Origin: Candidatus Poseidoniales archaeon | GTDB lineage: Archaea; Thermoplasmatota; Poseidoniia; Poseidoniales; Poseidoniaceae | DNA length: 64,000 bases | Assembly: GCA_038105035.1 (NCBI GenBank) | Contig: JAYOBT010000003.1 | Location: 4,379 to 68,378 of the forward strand | Direction of reading: 5' to 3' | Shown: positions 9,013 to 19,800 of the stretch, in pieces | Layout of the letters: every line of letters begins with the position of its first letter | Position numbering within the stretch: the first letter of the stretch is position 1 | Position numbers and translations under genes: made by a program | Notes under the pieces: generated by a model | Seen by the model: only the letters and a program-made list of their open reading frames with translations | What the model was told of the DNA's origin: nothing | Database searches by the model: none

Positions 9013-9833
9013 ACACGGTCAATGCAGTATGAGCAAGATTCACCAGGAACATAGGCTGGATGCAACTGTTCTTTCGGCGTCAAAGGTTCACGGCATGCAA
9101 AGCAAACCGTGGTACCTGTCTCGCTAAGATCTGGGAGGAGTGCAACGCGCTTGTCGAAGACGAAGCATTCCCCGTCCCAGTAATCTCCGCCGACTTGTTC
9201 AAAATAGCCAAGAATTCCTCCTTCGAGCTGCTTAATGTTGGTAAAACCAGCATCTTTCATGATGACACTGGCCTTTTCACAGCGTACGCCACCAGTGCAG
9301 AACATGACAATTTCTTTGTCCTTGAAAGATTCATCCATCTCTGAAACAGCCTGGGGGAAGGATCGAAACGTGTCAATCTCCAATTCAATGGCATTTTGGA
9401 AGGTTCCTAGACGAGTTTCGTATGTGTTTCGAGTGTCGAGCAGAACGACGTCATCCCGATTGAGGAGTTTTTCATGCAATTGAGCAGGAAGAATCCTTCC
9501 ATCATCCGATTCGACTCGATCGAAGTTTGGCATACCAACAGAGATGATTTCGTTCTTGAGACGTACATTCATGCGATTGAATGGTTGGTGTTCGGAATAC
9601 GATGTCTTGAAATCGATGTCAGAAAAACGTTCATCTTCGCAGAGATATGCTTGGAAACGTTCGATGTTCGGTTCAAGACCGGCCACAAAAATGTTGATTC
9701 CTTCATGGCTGAGGAGGATTGTTCCTTTCAATTCAAGTGCATCGCACTTCTGTTTGAACGGTTGACGCAGAGCATCACGATCGTCGAGCACAACAAACTT
9801 GTACCCAGCGATGTTAAGGTGCTGCTCCGTCAT
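8991..9833 (-). CDS. trhO: Rhodanese-domain UPF0176 protein, TrhO/YceA-like tRNA U34 hydroxylase
   Basis: GTILLSHEGIN, RLKNEII, DTRNTYE..GTF, MFCTGGVRCEKA, LEGGILGY, WDGECFVFDKR and C-terminal CFAC/CSYC. Confidence 0.85.
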   Translation of the reverse strand: MTEQHLNIAGYKFVVLDDRDALRQPFKQKCDALELKGTILLSHEGINIFVAGLEPNIERFQAYLCEDERFSDIDFKTSYSEHQPFNRMNVRLKNEIISVGMPNFDRVESDDGRILPAQLHEKLLNRDDVVLLDTRNTYETRLGTFQNAIELEIDTFRSFPQAVSEMDESFKDKEIVMFCTGGVRCEKASVIMKDAGFTNIKQLEGGILGYFEQVGGDYWDGECFVFDKRVALLPDLSETGTTVCFACREPLTPKEQLHPAYVPGESCSYCIDRVQSQTIH

Positions 9834-9870
9834 AATGATTCGTCCGGATTCATCCTCTTATGCTCATCGT

Positions 9871-11610
9871 TTAGCGACGCCAGTCGTGTTTGCTTGCAAG
9901 AGGATGACGCCAGCCCTGTCCGAAAGCACGTGAGGAAACGCGGGGTGCTGGAGCCATCTGCCAACGCTTGTGCTCATTGGCTTCAAGCCGTTGAAGCACA
10001 GTGACGACGGTCGAATACTCATAACCATGTTCGGTGATATCTTCGGCTCCAAGACCTTGCTCGATGTGGAGTTTGAGGATTTCATCAAGCATCTCGTAAG
10101 GGGGAAGCGTATCATCATCGCGTTGGTCTGGAGCAAGTTCTGCCGATGGTGGTTTGGTCATGGTTGAATCATTGACGGGTGGACTCTTTCCATTTGATTG
10201 AGCTCTACGATTGAACACCTCTCCAAGACCGTAGACATCCATTTTGTAGACATCCCCTAAAGGCGTGTAGCCTCCAGCCATGTCACCGTACAATGTACAG
10301 TAGCCTTGTGCAAGTTCGGATTTGTTTCCAGTTGCAATGGCCATTCGACCTTGTGCATTGGCGTGGGCCATCACGAGAATTCCTCGTAGCCGTGCTTGGA
10401 TGTTCTCTTGAGCGACGTTTGCGCCTTGCTCAAGCATCTCTGCTAATTGTTCTTCAAGTCCTGAATGATGGTTATCAATGGAAATTGATGCATATTCCAT
10501 TCCAAGAGCCTCGGCTGTGTACTTTGCATCGTCAATGGAATGTTGTGATGAGAATCGAGATGGCATGGAGATTCCAAGCACGTTCTCTGGACCAACAGCC
10601 TCAGCAGCAACACAAGCCGCAACGGCAGAGTCAATACCGCCACTCAATCCAAGGACGATACGTTGTATTCCAGATTTCTGGCAGTAATCACGTAACCCGA
10701 GAACGACCGCATCGGCAAGTTCATCGAGGACGTTATTTTGTTCTTCACCAGTTTCATGTGAGGCGTAGTGTCTGATTTCATCTTCTGAGGAGTCCACAGC
10801 GATCCACGAAGTTGCTTCAGGATTGTTGATGTCGACTAGAAGGATACCTTCTTTCCAAGAAGGGGCGACAACGACCTCGCCTGTTGGCCAAGCAGCGAGA
10901 GATCGCCCATCGAAGAGAAGGTCGTCGTTCCCTCCGATTTGATTGCATAACAGGAACGGATGACCCAGTGTTTTGGCAGCTGTTCGAGCAACGTGAAGTC
11001 GTGTTTGGATTTTGTTGGAATGATAAGGAGATGCGGAAAGATTGACTGTTGCATCGAGGTTGACACCTTGACGACCCCATTCAGCAAGTTGCTCGATTGG
11101 ATCTGCATCGTATTCTGAAGGTGTTTCTCCTGCAACCTGCCAAGCATCTTCACAGATTGTAACACCGAGTTCAAGTGGCCCTGAGAGTGTTCGCGCAATA
11201 CCTGGCCTGTCATCGGAATCGAAGTATCGGGCTTCATCGAAGACATCGTAGGTTGGAAGCAATTGTTTTCGAGCAACGATTTTCACAGGAGCCTCATTAC
11301 CGATCAAGGCAACACCATTTCCAGGTTTTGCTCGTTCCGATTCGGGAACCGTTGGTGTGCCGATAAGCGATGGAATGTCGACGTTGAGCGATAGGGCTGC
11401 TTGTTGTGCGAGTTCAACAAAACTCGATTGCATCAACAAATCCCGTGGAGGATAGCCACAAATGGCCAACTCAGTGCTGACACAGGCCACGGCACCATGG
11501 GCTGTTGCAGCCGCAACAAAGCGCTCCAAACGCTCAGCATTTCCAGTCAAATCACCAACGGTTGGGTTGATTTGAAGCAGAGCAATGATGCTGGCATCTT
11601 GCTCGCTCAT
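9871..11610 (-). CDS. nadE: Glutamine-dependent NAD+ synthetase
   Basis: Nitrilase-like domain (TELAICGYPPRD, KQLLPTYDVFDE, ICED) followed by the synthetase domain (GLSGGIDS, ENIQARLR, TGNKSE, PPSAEL). Confidence 0.95.
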   Translation of the reverse strand: MSEQDASIIALLQINPTVGDLTGNAERLERFVAAATAHGAVACVSTELAICGYPPRDLLMQSSFVELAQQAALSLNVDIPSLIGTPTVPESERAKPGNGVALIGNEAPVKIVARKQLLPTYDVFDEARYFDSDDRPGIARTLSGPLELGVTICEDAWQVAGETPSEYDADPIEQLAEWGRQGVNLDATVNLSASPYHSNKIQTRLHVARTAAKTLGHPFLLCNQIGGNDDLLFDGRSLAAWPTGEVVVAPSWKEGILLVDINNPEATSWIAVDSSEDEIRHYASHETGEEQNNVLDELADAVVLGLRDYCQKSGIQRIVLGLSGGIDSAVAACVAAEAVGPENVLGISMPSRFSSQHSIDDAKYTAEALGMEYASISIDNHHSGLEEQLAEMLEQGANVAQENIQARLRGILVMAHANAQGRMAIATGNKSELAQGYCTLYGDMAGGYTPLGDVYKMDVYGLGEVFNRRAQSNGKSPPVNDSTMTKPPSAELAPDQRDDDTLPPYEMLDEILKLHIEQGLGAEDITEHGYEYSTVVTVLQRLEANEHKRWQMAPAPRVSSRAFGQGWRHPLASKHDWRR

Positions 11611-11648
11611 GACCATCCCACGTACTCGTGTTTCATAGAAATGATGCA

Positions 11649-14600
11649 TCATTTGTATTGCAAAATTTCACCGTTGGCATCCTTGTACCACCAACTTCCG
11701 TCTTGTTGATTCTGCCACCACCAAACCCCATCGGCTCCTTGCGTCCAGCCATCTGCAGAAGCAGTTTGGGTGGTTGCAGCAACCGGTTCGGATTCTTGAA
11801 TGGGTTCGCTCAGGTTGAGATCGGCATCGTCATCACTGTACTCTTCTTCATCTTCATCAAGATAATCGGAATATTCGTCCCATTCGTATTCCGATTTGGA
11901 ACCGCGACGTACGGTTGCATTTCGAGCCATGAGCAAGAGAGCGAGGATAATGGAAAGGCCGAGCAAGGCGCCGATGGACCCAAGAATTGGGTTCACCTCT
12001 CCAAACACGGCTTCGCTGAAAGAAGGATCGCTCTTTGGTCGGACGTCAACCGATGGGCCGTTGCCTTTGACACCGTTTTCGAGTTGAACTTCAAGCCATT
12101 GAAGACCAACTTGTTCAGGAGCCCAGTCGATGAGAATAGTACCCAATCCGCCTTCTGCAACCTCCAATTCTGTTTGACGGAGAACCTCTGACGTTCCATC
12201 AGCACGGACTACGGAAATCGTGGCATCGGTTGTACCATCCAATGTCCCAACGTTCTTGACAAAAATTTGGACAGCGGTCGAATCACCTTGTTGGAGGTTC
12301 AAGCGCGAGTATTCCATGGCCGGCGTTTCAAGCTCAAACTTCGGTTGTCGCCATTCCATAAGCCAAGAAGTGACAGCATTGCCTGCCGCTGAACCCGCTT
12401 CCCCGAGAACGAGGTTTCCTGCAAGGTCACGGCCTTCGACGAGGACGTAGACGGTGAAGCGATCGACCAACATATCGTCCGTGATGACGCTCAAATCCAT
12501 CGTTCCTGTACCAATAAGACTCAATCCACTGATTTCGGTCCCTTGCAAGAGGAAAGGACTGTCACCCTCTCGAATGAATTCACCCGTTTCGCTATCTTCG
12601 ATCCACCACGCTAATCTCAAGGATTCGAAGTCGATTCCGCCTTCCTCAGAGAGAACAATCGTCACTTCGTGTTCATCGGCAGAAAGAATCGATCCAGGAC
12701 GGGGCGTCTGTACTTCAATCGGCTGAGGACCGAGTCCATCGACAACCATCCATTTTACCGAGGATTCCTTCTCAGTTGCATCAACACCTTGAGGCGGTAA
12801 GCAACCAACGGACCATGTTAGTGGAATGGTTCCAGAGGCTTGTGGCGAGCGAAGTTCAACGTTCCAAATCCCGTTGTACGTTTCAGCAGAATAGGTTTGA
12901 CCAGCGAACATGATTTCAACGCTGCAGTTGAAATCAGGTGTTTCTTCTGTTGCAGCGAACACCAAACCACCTGTCAGTTCAAACGGAGAATTCGGCGGCA
13001 ATCGAGCTCCATCATCGAGAACAGTGCCTTGAGTCAACACCAACGAAACAGATTCTTGCGGAATGGTCAATGCAGGTGAAAAGCGCCAACGTAGCGCAGG
13101 GAACGTTTGGATAACTTCCTGTCCAGCGCGATCGATGATCTTCACACTCGGCTCTCGGAAGGTATCACCAAGGTCTGGCGTGGTCCACGCCAATTCGAGG
13201 TCAACGACCAATCGCGTGTCCTTCTCGTAGGGACCAGCCGTGGTGCCATCAAGGGCGAGCATGGCACAATCACTGACGATCAGATGGATGCTGTTCGATG
13301 TGCATGAATCGGTTCTGAAATCCCATGTAAACGACAGAGGTGAAGTTAGGATGTTCGATGCAAGCTGGATTTCAACCGTTGTCAAATCCGAGGCACCGTT
13401 TGGTTCGCTCATGTCAACTCGTAGCGTGTAAGCCTGCTCAGGGTGCAACCACGGTTGCGCACCGCCTGTCCATGACATCGCAGTGGAGGAGAGTGTTGGC
13501 GGTCCATCCGGTCCAATTTGATACATGAACAAGTGCTCGCCTTCCTCTCCAGTTCCTGCATCCTCAAGAATTTGCCCAGATTCGTCCTGACCGACCAGAT
13601 ATCCTGCAACCTTCTGGCCTTGAGACCCCATGGAATCATCAAACAAGAGAGTGTAGATACCAGTTGAGAGCGTCAAATCCGTAGGAATGATGAGCGACCT
13701 TTGCTTGTACTCGTCAGGACTTGGCCAGCCGTTAAGATCAACATCGTCAATCCATTCCCGCCAAAGCATGATATGCACATCAGATGGCAATAACACAGGG
13801 TCGAGAATCTGGAATTGAACGGTTTGACTGGTCGATGCGAGTCGGTGATCGTACCAAGCAACCGTTGAATCGATAACAGCTGGAGCAGTTGGATCAATCT
13901 TGAAGGTTCGAGTGTATTCAGAATCACCGACAACATCACCTCCGTTCAGTGGAATTACACGAACGGTCCACGTCAAATCTCCGAATGAGAATGGAGCCAC
14001 ATCGGAAACATTCCACATGTCCACATCGAGACTAGTGGTGTTAGCAACCATCGTATTTCCTTGCCACAACTGAACCTCAGCATCACCGTCAGCAAAGGCA
14101 TCGATACTGTCAACGCCTTCATAACCGACATCGATCGTGAAATTCAAGCCCATGCCTGCTGCAAGGTACTCGGTGGACGAATCAATGATACCATGATCGT
14201 CCATGATATCGACCGATCTGATGACCAAATCATTCTCAAACGCCTGCCCTCCTCCGAGACCATTCCACATGTATTGACCTGGTCGTGAAATAACGCTGTT
14301 ATCGAGGACAAGACGCATCGAAGCCGTGAGCCAGTCTTCATCGTCCCATCCTTGCTCCACTCGGAATTTCACGGTTATTTCGCGCATCGTTGCCGATGTT
14401 TCTGAGATGCTGAACGATTCGGTTGGATGCAATTCGATGAGGCCACTGTCTGCTTGTCCTAGAGCGGCCCCCCCTCCAGTTGGCAGCAACCACGTGGCAT
14501 GATTGTTTTCTCCTTGGACATCAAGTCGAATCAATGAGATGGTTCGTGCAGTGTCAACGCTAAATCGCGTCGTAAACGAAAGCCAACGTTGGGAAGGTGT

Positions 14601-16742
14601 TAGTGGAGTCGACGCATTTTCAACAGTGACCATGCCTGCTGCAACGTCGTCACTAAACTCCATGTCTGTGACTTCAACGATTATTTTTCCATTGGACAAA
14701 CCAGTGAACGGGAACATGATCGATGGCGATGAGCCAGGCGTACGATAAGCAGCATTCGCAGCCATCACGAGAGGAGATTGCTCGCTCGCAGAGATGGAAA
14801 CCATGGTCGCATAAGGTGCTGCAAGATTGGAAAAGGTGGCAACACCGTTTCCATATGCCTCGATATCAACAAGAGCGAAGCCTTGGCCCAAGTTGTTCAA
14901 TAATGCACTCTGGCTGCTCAACGTTGATTGCATAAGTGCATATTCTGACGCATTCAATTCGAGGCGGTAAACGGTTGCGTTGTCCAATGTTCGTGAAAGG
15001 ATGGTCGACCCAGCAATGCGCAATGACACACCTGTCATGTTTCCGTTTTCACTGGAAACTGAAACTGCAAAATGCTCGAGATTCGATGCAGGAATCCATG
15101 TCGAAGCCTCGGCAAGGCCTGCGAATCCGAAGGATGCGCGATGGGTCTTTTCACCGGTTGAGAAGTGATCTTGGAAGCCCCATGAGCCGATTCGAACGTC
15201 TGGGTCGCCCCATTCAAGCAAACCGTCTCCATTCAAATCAAGCGAAGGTGAATGCACACGAGTGCCCGTTGACATGGTGACCTGAATCATATCGAGCAGG
15301 GCAGGTTGTGTTGAATTGTGCATGAACATGAGTTGGAAAGCATGCTCGTTGGCGTTAAGCTGTCCGGAGTAAGGGAGCGTGATGGCAATCCACGCATCCG
15401 CTTCATCGTGGCGAACGTATGCATCGTATTCTTGCACTGTCGCCGCAATTTGGTACCCAGAAAGAGGAGAATTGCTCGTAAACCATGGCGAATGGACTGT
15501 CCCATTGGCGATCGATGTGATGGAACCTGCCAGATAGGTGCTGTTGTTCATTGTCCACCCACGTTCCATTGGGTCTGTCGAGAATGTGTCTTTGAGCAGA
15601 CCACCTGCTGTAATGGATTCAACCGATGGCATAGAACTTGCATCCAATCCCTCGAAGATCATGCGAAGGCGAAGGGATCCATATGTTTCCCAATCAACTG
15701 CATCGAGATGAACAAGGGTGCCTTCGATGTTTTCGAATCCTGAAAGGTTGTCTCCTGTCGTGGCATCGATGAGGGTCCATGTAAGACTCGAACCAGTAGG
15801 CAAGTCTGCATTGATGTGCATAGGTGCATAAGGCCCCATGGCGAGAGAGAAACTGTTGGATGAATTGTATCCAAACGATGGGCTCGTCCATGATGTCAAT
15901 GGAGGGATAACCACTTTGACGTCATCAACAAACCAGTAATCACAGCAAGTCCCACTACCAGACGTTTGCTGGATGCGGAATTGCGATGTGGAATGGAGTG
16001 CAGCCGCCGGCAGGGTGGTTGAATATTGGAAATTGCTGGTTTGTGAACCACCCCCTTGGAAGGTGTGGAAGGTCGTCCATGTTCCACTTGCAGTCTTGTA
16101 CTTGAACTGAAGATTCTCACCTGAATCAGGCGTTTCTCCACAACCAGATCGGCCTTCGTGCACCCATGCATGGAACGGGATGTTGGAACGTCCAGCGAGA
16201 TCGGTCGCAGGCGAAGTTGCATGGGTCAAACCAGCATAGGTCCGCAGAGAACCTCCCGAACTGCCATTATGACCACATGCAGAATAACCTGAGACCCCCG
16301 ACGTCCAATGAGTACTGTATGAGTTGGAGAATGTCCAACCTTGTGCTCCATTGTTGAAATCGTATCCTGGTGCTGAACCATCGCCGGTTAGAACACCCGA
16401 GTTTGAGAAGGTGTTGTTCTTGACCGCATCAATGTGATTCCAAGCGGCATCACCTTCCCAAAGTAACGTCTGAGAATTCTCCATCGTCTCGGATTGAAGG
16501 CTCATGTCAAGCGATGTGATGGCACCAGAGCTGGTCGGAACATCAAGTTCAAACGATGTTAAACTGGCTTGATTTGGACGGATATCGACGGTCACAGGCG
16601 TATTTTCGCCAACCGAAGCGATAGCCTGCTCGTCATCCAAGTGAACAACTGGAGCGGGTGGGGCAAAGGTGGTGTATGGTCCCATGACGAACAGAAAGAG
16701 TACGAGGAAAGCAACTCCACGTCCCTTCGGAGAGGCGGCCAT
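11649..16742 (-). CDS. Giant (1697 aa) membrane-anchored surface protein with a reelin-like/jelly-roll domain, CARDB domain, C-terminal TM helix and Trp-rich tail
   Basis: Signal peptide; QFRIQQ..DYWFVDDV; VKNVGTLDG (CARDB); TM ILGSIGALLGLSIILALLLM; acidic linker; tail GWTQGADGVWWWQNQQDGSWWY. Confidence 0.8.
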   Translation of the reverse strand: MAASPKGRGVAFLVLFLFVMGPYTTFAPPAPVVHLDDEQAIASVGENTPVTVDIRPNQASLTSFELDVPTSSGAITSLDMSLQSETMENSQTLLWEGDAAWNHIDAVKNNTFSNSGVLTGDGSAPGYDFNNGAQGWTFSNSYSTHWTSGVSGYSACGHNGSSGGSLRTYAGLTHATSPATDLAGRSNIPFHAWVHEGRSGCGETPDSGENLQFKYKTASGTWTTFHTFQGGGSQTSNFQYSTTLPAAALHSTSQFRIQQTSGSGTCCDYWFVDDVKVVIPPLTSWTSPSFGYNSSNSFSLAMGPYAPMHINADLPTGSSLTWTLIDATTGDNLSGFENIEGTLVHLDAVDWETYGSLRLRMIFEGLDASSMPSVESITAGGLLKDTFSTDPMERGWTMNNSTYLAGSITSIANGTVHSPWFTSNSPLSGYQIAATVQEYDAYVRHDEADAWIAITLPYSGQLNANEHAFQLMFMHNSTQPALLDMIQVTMSTGTRVHSPSLDLNGDGLLEWGDPDVRIGSWGFQDHFSTGEKTHRASFGFAGLAEASTWIPASNLEHFAVSVSSENGNMTGVSLRIAGSTILSRTLDNATVYRLELNASEYALMQSTLSSQSALLNNLGQGFALVDIEAYGNGVATFSNLAAPYATMVSISASEQSPLVMAANAAYRTPGSSPSIMFPFTGLSNGKIIVEVTDMEFSDDVAAGMVTVENASTPLTPSQRWLSFTTRFSVDTARTISLIRLDVQGENNHATWLLPTGGGAALGQADSGLIELHPTESFSISETSATMREITVKFRVEQGWDDEDWLTASMRLVLDNSVISRPGQYMWNGLGGGQAFENDLVIRSVDIMDDHGIIDSSTEYLAAGMGLNFTIDVGYEGVDSIDAFADGDAEVQLWQGNTMVANTTSLDVDMWNVSDVAPFSFGDLTWTVRVIPLNGGDVVGDSEYTRTFKIDPTAPAVIDSTVAWYDHRLASTSQTVQFQILDPVLLPSDVHIMLWREWIDDVDLNGWPSPDEYKQRSLIIPTDLTLSTGIYTLLFDDSMGSQGQKVAGYLVGQDESGQILEDAGTGEEGEHLFMYQIGPDGPPTLSSTAMSWTGGAQPWLHPEQAYTLRVDMSEPNGASDLTTVEIQLASNILTSPLSFTWDFRTDSCTSNSIHLIVSDCAMLALDGTTAGPYEKDTRLVVDLELAWTTPDLGDTFREPSVKIIDRAGQEVIQTFPALRWRFSPALTIPQESVSLVLTQGTVLDDGARLPPNSPFELTGGLVFAATEETPDFNCSVEIMFAGQTYSAETYNGIWNVELRSPQASGTIPLTWSVGCLPPQGVDATEKESSVKWMVVDGLGPQPIEVQTPRPGSILSADEHEVTIVLSEEGGIDFESLRLAWWIEDSETGEFIREGDSPFLLQGTEISGLSLIGTGTMDLSVITDDMLVDRFTVYVLVEGRDLAGNLVLGEAGSAAGNAVTSWLMEWRQPKFELETPAMEYSRLNLQQGDSTAVQIFVKNVGTLDGTTDATISVVRADGTSEVLRQTELEVAEGGLGTILIDWAPEQVGLQWLEVQLENGVKGNGPSVDVRPKSDPSFSEAVFGEVNPILGSIGALLGLSIILALLLMARNATVRRGSKSEYEWDEYSDYLDEDEEEYSDDDADLNLSEPIQESEPVAATTQTASADGWTQGADGVWWWQNQQDGSWWYKDANGEILQYK

Positions 16743-16838
16743 GCCTTTGCCTGATTTTCAAAGGACTTGAATGTGTCAGTCCCAACGACTGCTCTGATTG
16801 AGGGGAGAGATTGAAAACAAGGGGCCAATTCGCAAACC

Positions 16839-19800
16839 ATGGTTCGACCAAATCCGGCAGGTGAACTCGATGCCGTTGCCTTGGAAACGGCGCTCCTTGA
16901 ATCTTGGAAAAACGAGCAAACGTTCCAGCAATCTATCGATTCAAACCGGACAGGCGCACCCTTCATTTTCCTCGAAGGCCCGCCGACGGCCAACGGAAAA
17001 CCGGGCATTCACCACGTTGTGGCTCGAGCCTACAAGGACCTTGTTTGCCGTTGGAAGACAATGGAAGGTTTTCTTGTCGAGCGAAAAGGTGGCTGGGATA
17101 CGCATGGGCTTCCTGTCGAAATTGAAGTACAGAAGCGACTTGATTTGATGAGCAACGAAGCCATTGAAGAATTCGGAATGCAAGCCTTCAACGATGCATG
17201 CCGTGAAAGTGTTTGGACGTACGAAAGCGCGTGGAGAGAAATGACCGAACGCATGGCATACTGGGTCGATCTCGACAACCCATACGTCACACTGCACAAC
17301 GATTATGTCGAGTCGTGTTGGTGGGCACTCAAACAAATGTTCGACAAGGATTTACTCTACCGGGGCCACAAAGTTCTACCGTATTGTCCACAAACTGGAA
17401 CATCCTATTCGAGCCACGAAGTGGCCTTGGGCTACAAAGAAGTCGAGGAACCTTCGGTCTATGTGAAATTCAAATTGGTTGATGATTCTGCATCCATCCT
17501 CGCTTGGACCACAACGCCTTGGACCCTTCCAGGAAACGTTGGTCTTGCTGTTGGACCGGATGTAACCTATGCACGCTGTCGTGTTCGTGAAGAACCCGAA
17601 GGTTGGCAAGGGCGCGGTGGTGCATCGGTTGGTGAGGAATTGATTCTCGCCAAGGATTTGATGGGTGAAGTACTCCGTCATCATGTCGATATCATTGAAG
17701 AAATACCAGGATCGTCGCTTGTTGGCAAATCCTACGAGCCTTTGTTCCCAGATGCTGTCCCACGTGGCGACTCCACAACGGCATGGACCGTGTTGTCTGC
17801 AGATTGGGTCACAACGACCGATGGTACTGGTGTCGTCCATACCGCTGTGATGTACGGTGAAGATGACTACAATCTTGGAATGGAAGTGGGTCTTCCAGCG
17901 TACCACACCGTCAACATGGAAGGAAACTTCGTTGACGGCGTCCATCCTGAACTGGATGGTCGATACGTCAAATCCTGCGATGAATCTGTGATGGACATCC
18001 TCGTCGGCCAAAGCGATTCGATCGATTCCGGCCTGTTGTATCGAGAGAAGAGTTACCTCCACGATTATCCACATTGCTGGAGAACCGATCACCCACTCTT
18101 GTACTACGCCATGGATTCATGGTTCGTTCGTATGACCGCCGTCAAAGAGCGCCTCCTTGAATTCAACGATGGTGTTGAATGGGCTCCGGATTGGGTTGGA
18201 GAAGGTCGATTTGGAGAATGGCTCCGCAACGTCAAGGATTGGGCGATTTCTAGAGAGCGCTACTGGGGCACTCCACTTCCCGTTTGGAGAGATGAAGATG
18301 GGAACATGAAATGCATCGGCTCGATTGCTGAGTTGCAAGCTGAAGTAGCAAAGGCCAATGCAGCAGGATTCGAAAATCCTGAATGTCCTGATGATGTTGA
18401 TTTGCACCGGCCTGTTGTCGACGCATTCACACTCGTTTCAGACGACGGAAAACCAATGCACCGTGAACCGTTCGTGATGGATTGTTGGTTCGATTCAGGA
18501 TGCGCTCCATTCGCTCAATGGCACCATCCGTTCGATGAAAACAAGACGTTCGATGCTTCCTTCCCAGTCGATTACATCTGTGAAGGTGTTGACCAAACTC
18601 GAGGATGGTTCTACACACTGCTTGCTGTATCTACAACGGTGTTTGATTCCCCCGCTTACAAGCGATGCTTGTCACTGGGGCTAATTCTTGACGCTGAAGG
18701 CAAAAAGATGTCCAAGTCACGAGGCAACATTGTCGACCCCTGGGATCACTTCAATCGAGAAGGTGCTGATGCAACACGATGGTACATGGTCACTGCTGGT
18801 GCTCCGTGGAATCCATTGAAGTTTGATTCAAACGGCGTTCGAGAGACCTATGCTAAGATGTTCTTGACCCTATGGAACGTCTATCGATTCCATGCAGATT
18901 ATGCTGCTTTGGATGCTTTTGATCCTGCTTCGTCTGCCTCGACATATGAGAATCGTTCTCGTCTCGATCGATGGATTCTATCCAAACTCCACACCACGGC
19001 AAAAGCGTACCATGAGGGGTTCACAAACTGGAACTTCCACAAAGCATGTCGAGAACTTGAGGATTTCATTGTTAATGATTTGTCGAATTGGTACGTTCGT
19101 CGAAGTCGTCGACGATTGTGGGACGAAGCCGAATCAGGCGACAAACTTGCTTGCCAGCACACTTTACACGAACTTCTTGTCACCCTGTGCAGATTGATTG
19201 CACCTGTGAGTCCGTTCATGGTTGATACCATTCATCGAAACTTGACCGGCGAAACGGTTCACACTGCAGCATGGCCACTCGGGACACCTGGTTCAACAGA
19301 AGGTGCAACAGCCGATGCGTGGGATGAAGACCTCGTTGCTGCAACTGAGCAACTACCGCCACACAACGCTGGACTCGAGCATGAGATGGCCCTCGTGCGT
19401 GAGCTCGCTGAGACGGGCCGACGCATCCGTATCGATGCACAGCGACGTCAACGACTTCCTTGTGCAGAGGGATGGATCGTGGCCGGTCCAAATCTCGAGG
19501 CATATCATGACTTATTGTGCGAGGAACTTAACGTCGAGAGTATCTCTGTTGAAACCGACCTCGACCGCTTCCAACAAGTCGAACTTGGTGTTAATTTCAG
19601 AGCACTGGCTCCTAGAGCGAAGGGTGACGTCAACGCTATCGCTGGCCAAATCAAGAATCATTCAGATCAAGATGCTCTGCTTGCTGACATCCGTAACGGA
19701 TCATGCACCATCATGGGCGTCGATATTCTCGAATCCGATGTTGAAGTTCGTCGTGCGGAACGTGAAGGATACGCTGCTGCCACCATCACGGTAGGCGAAG

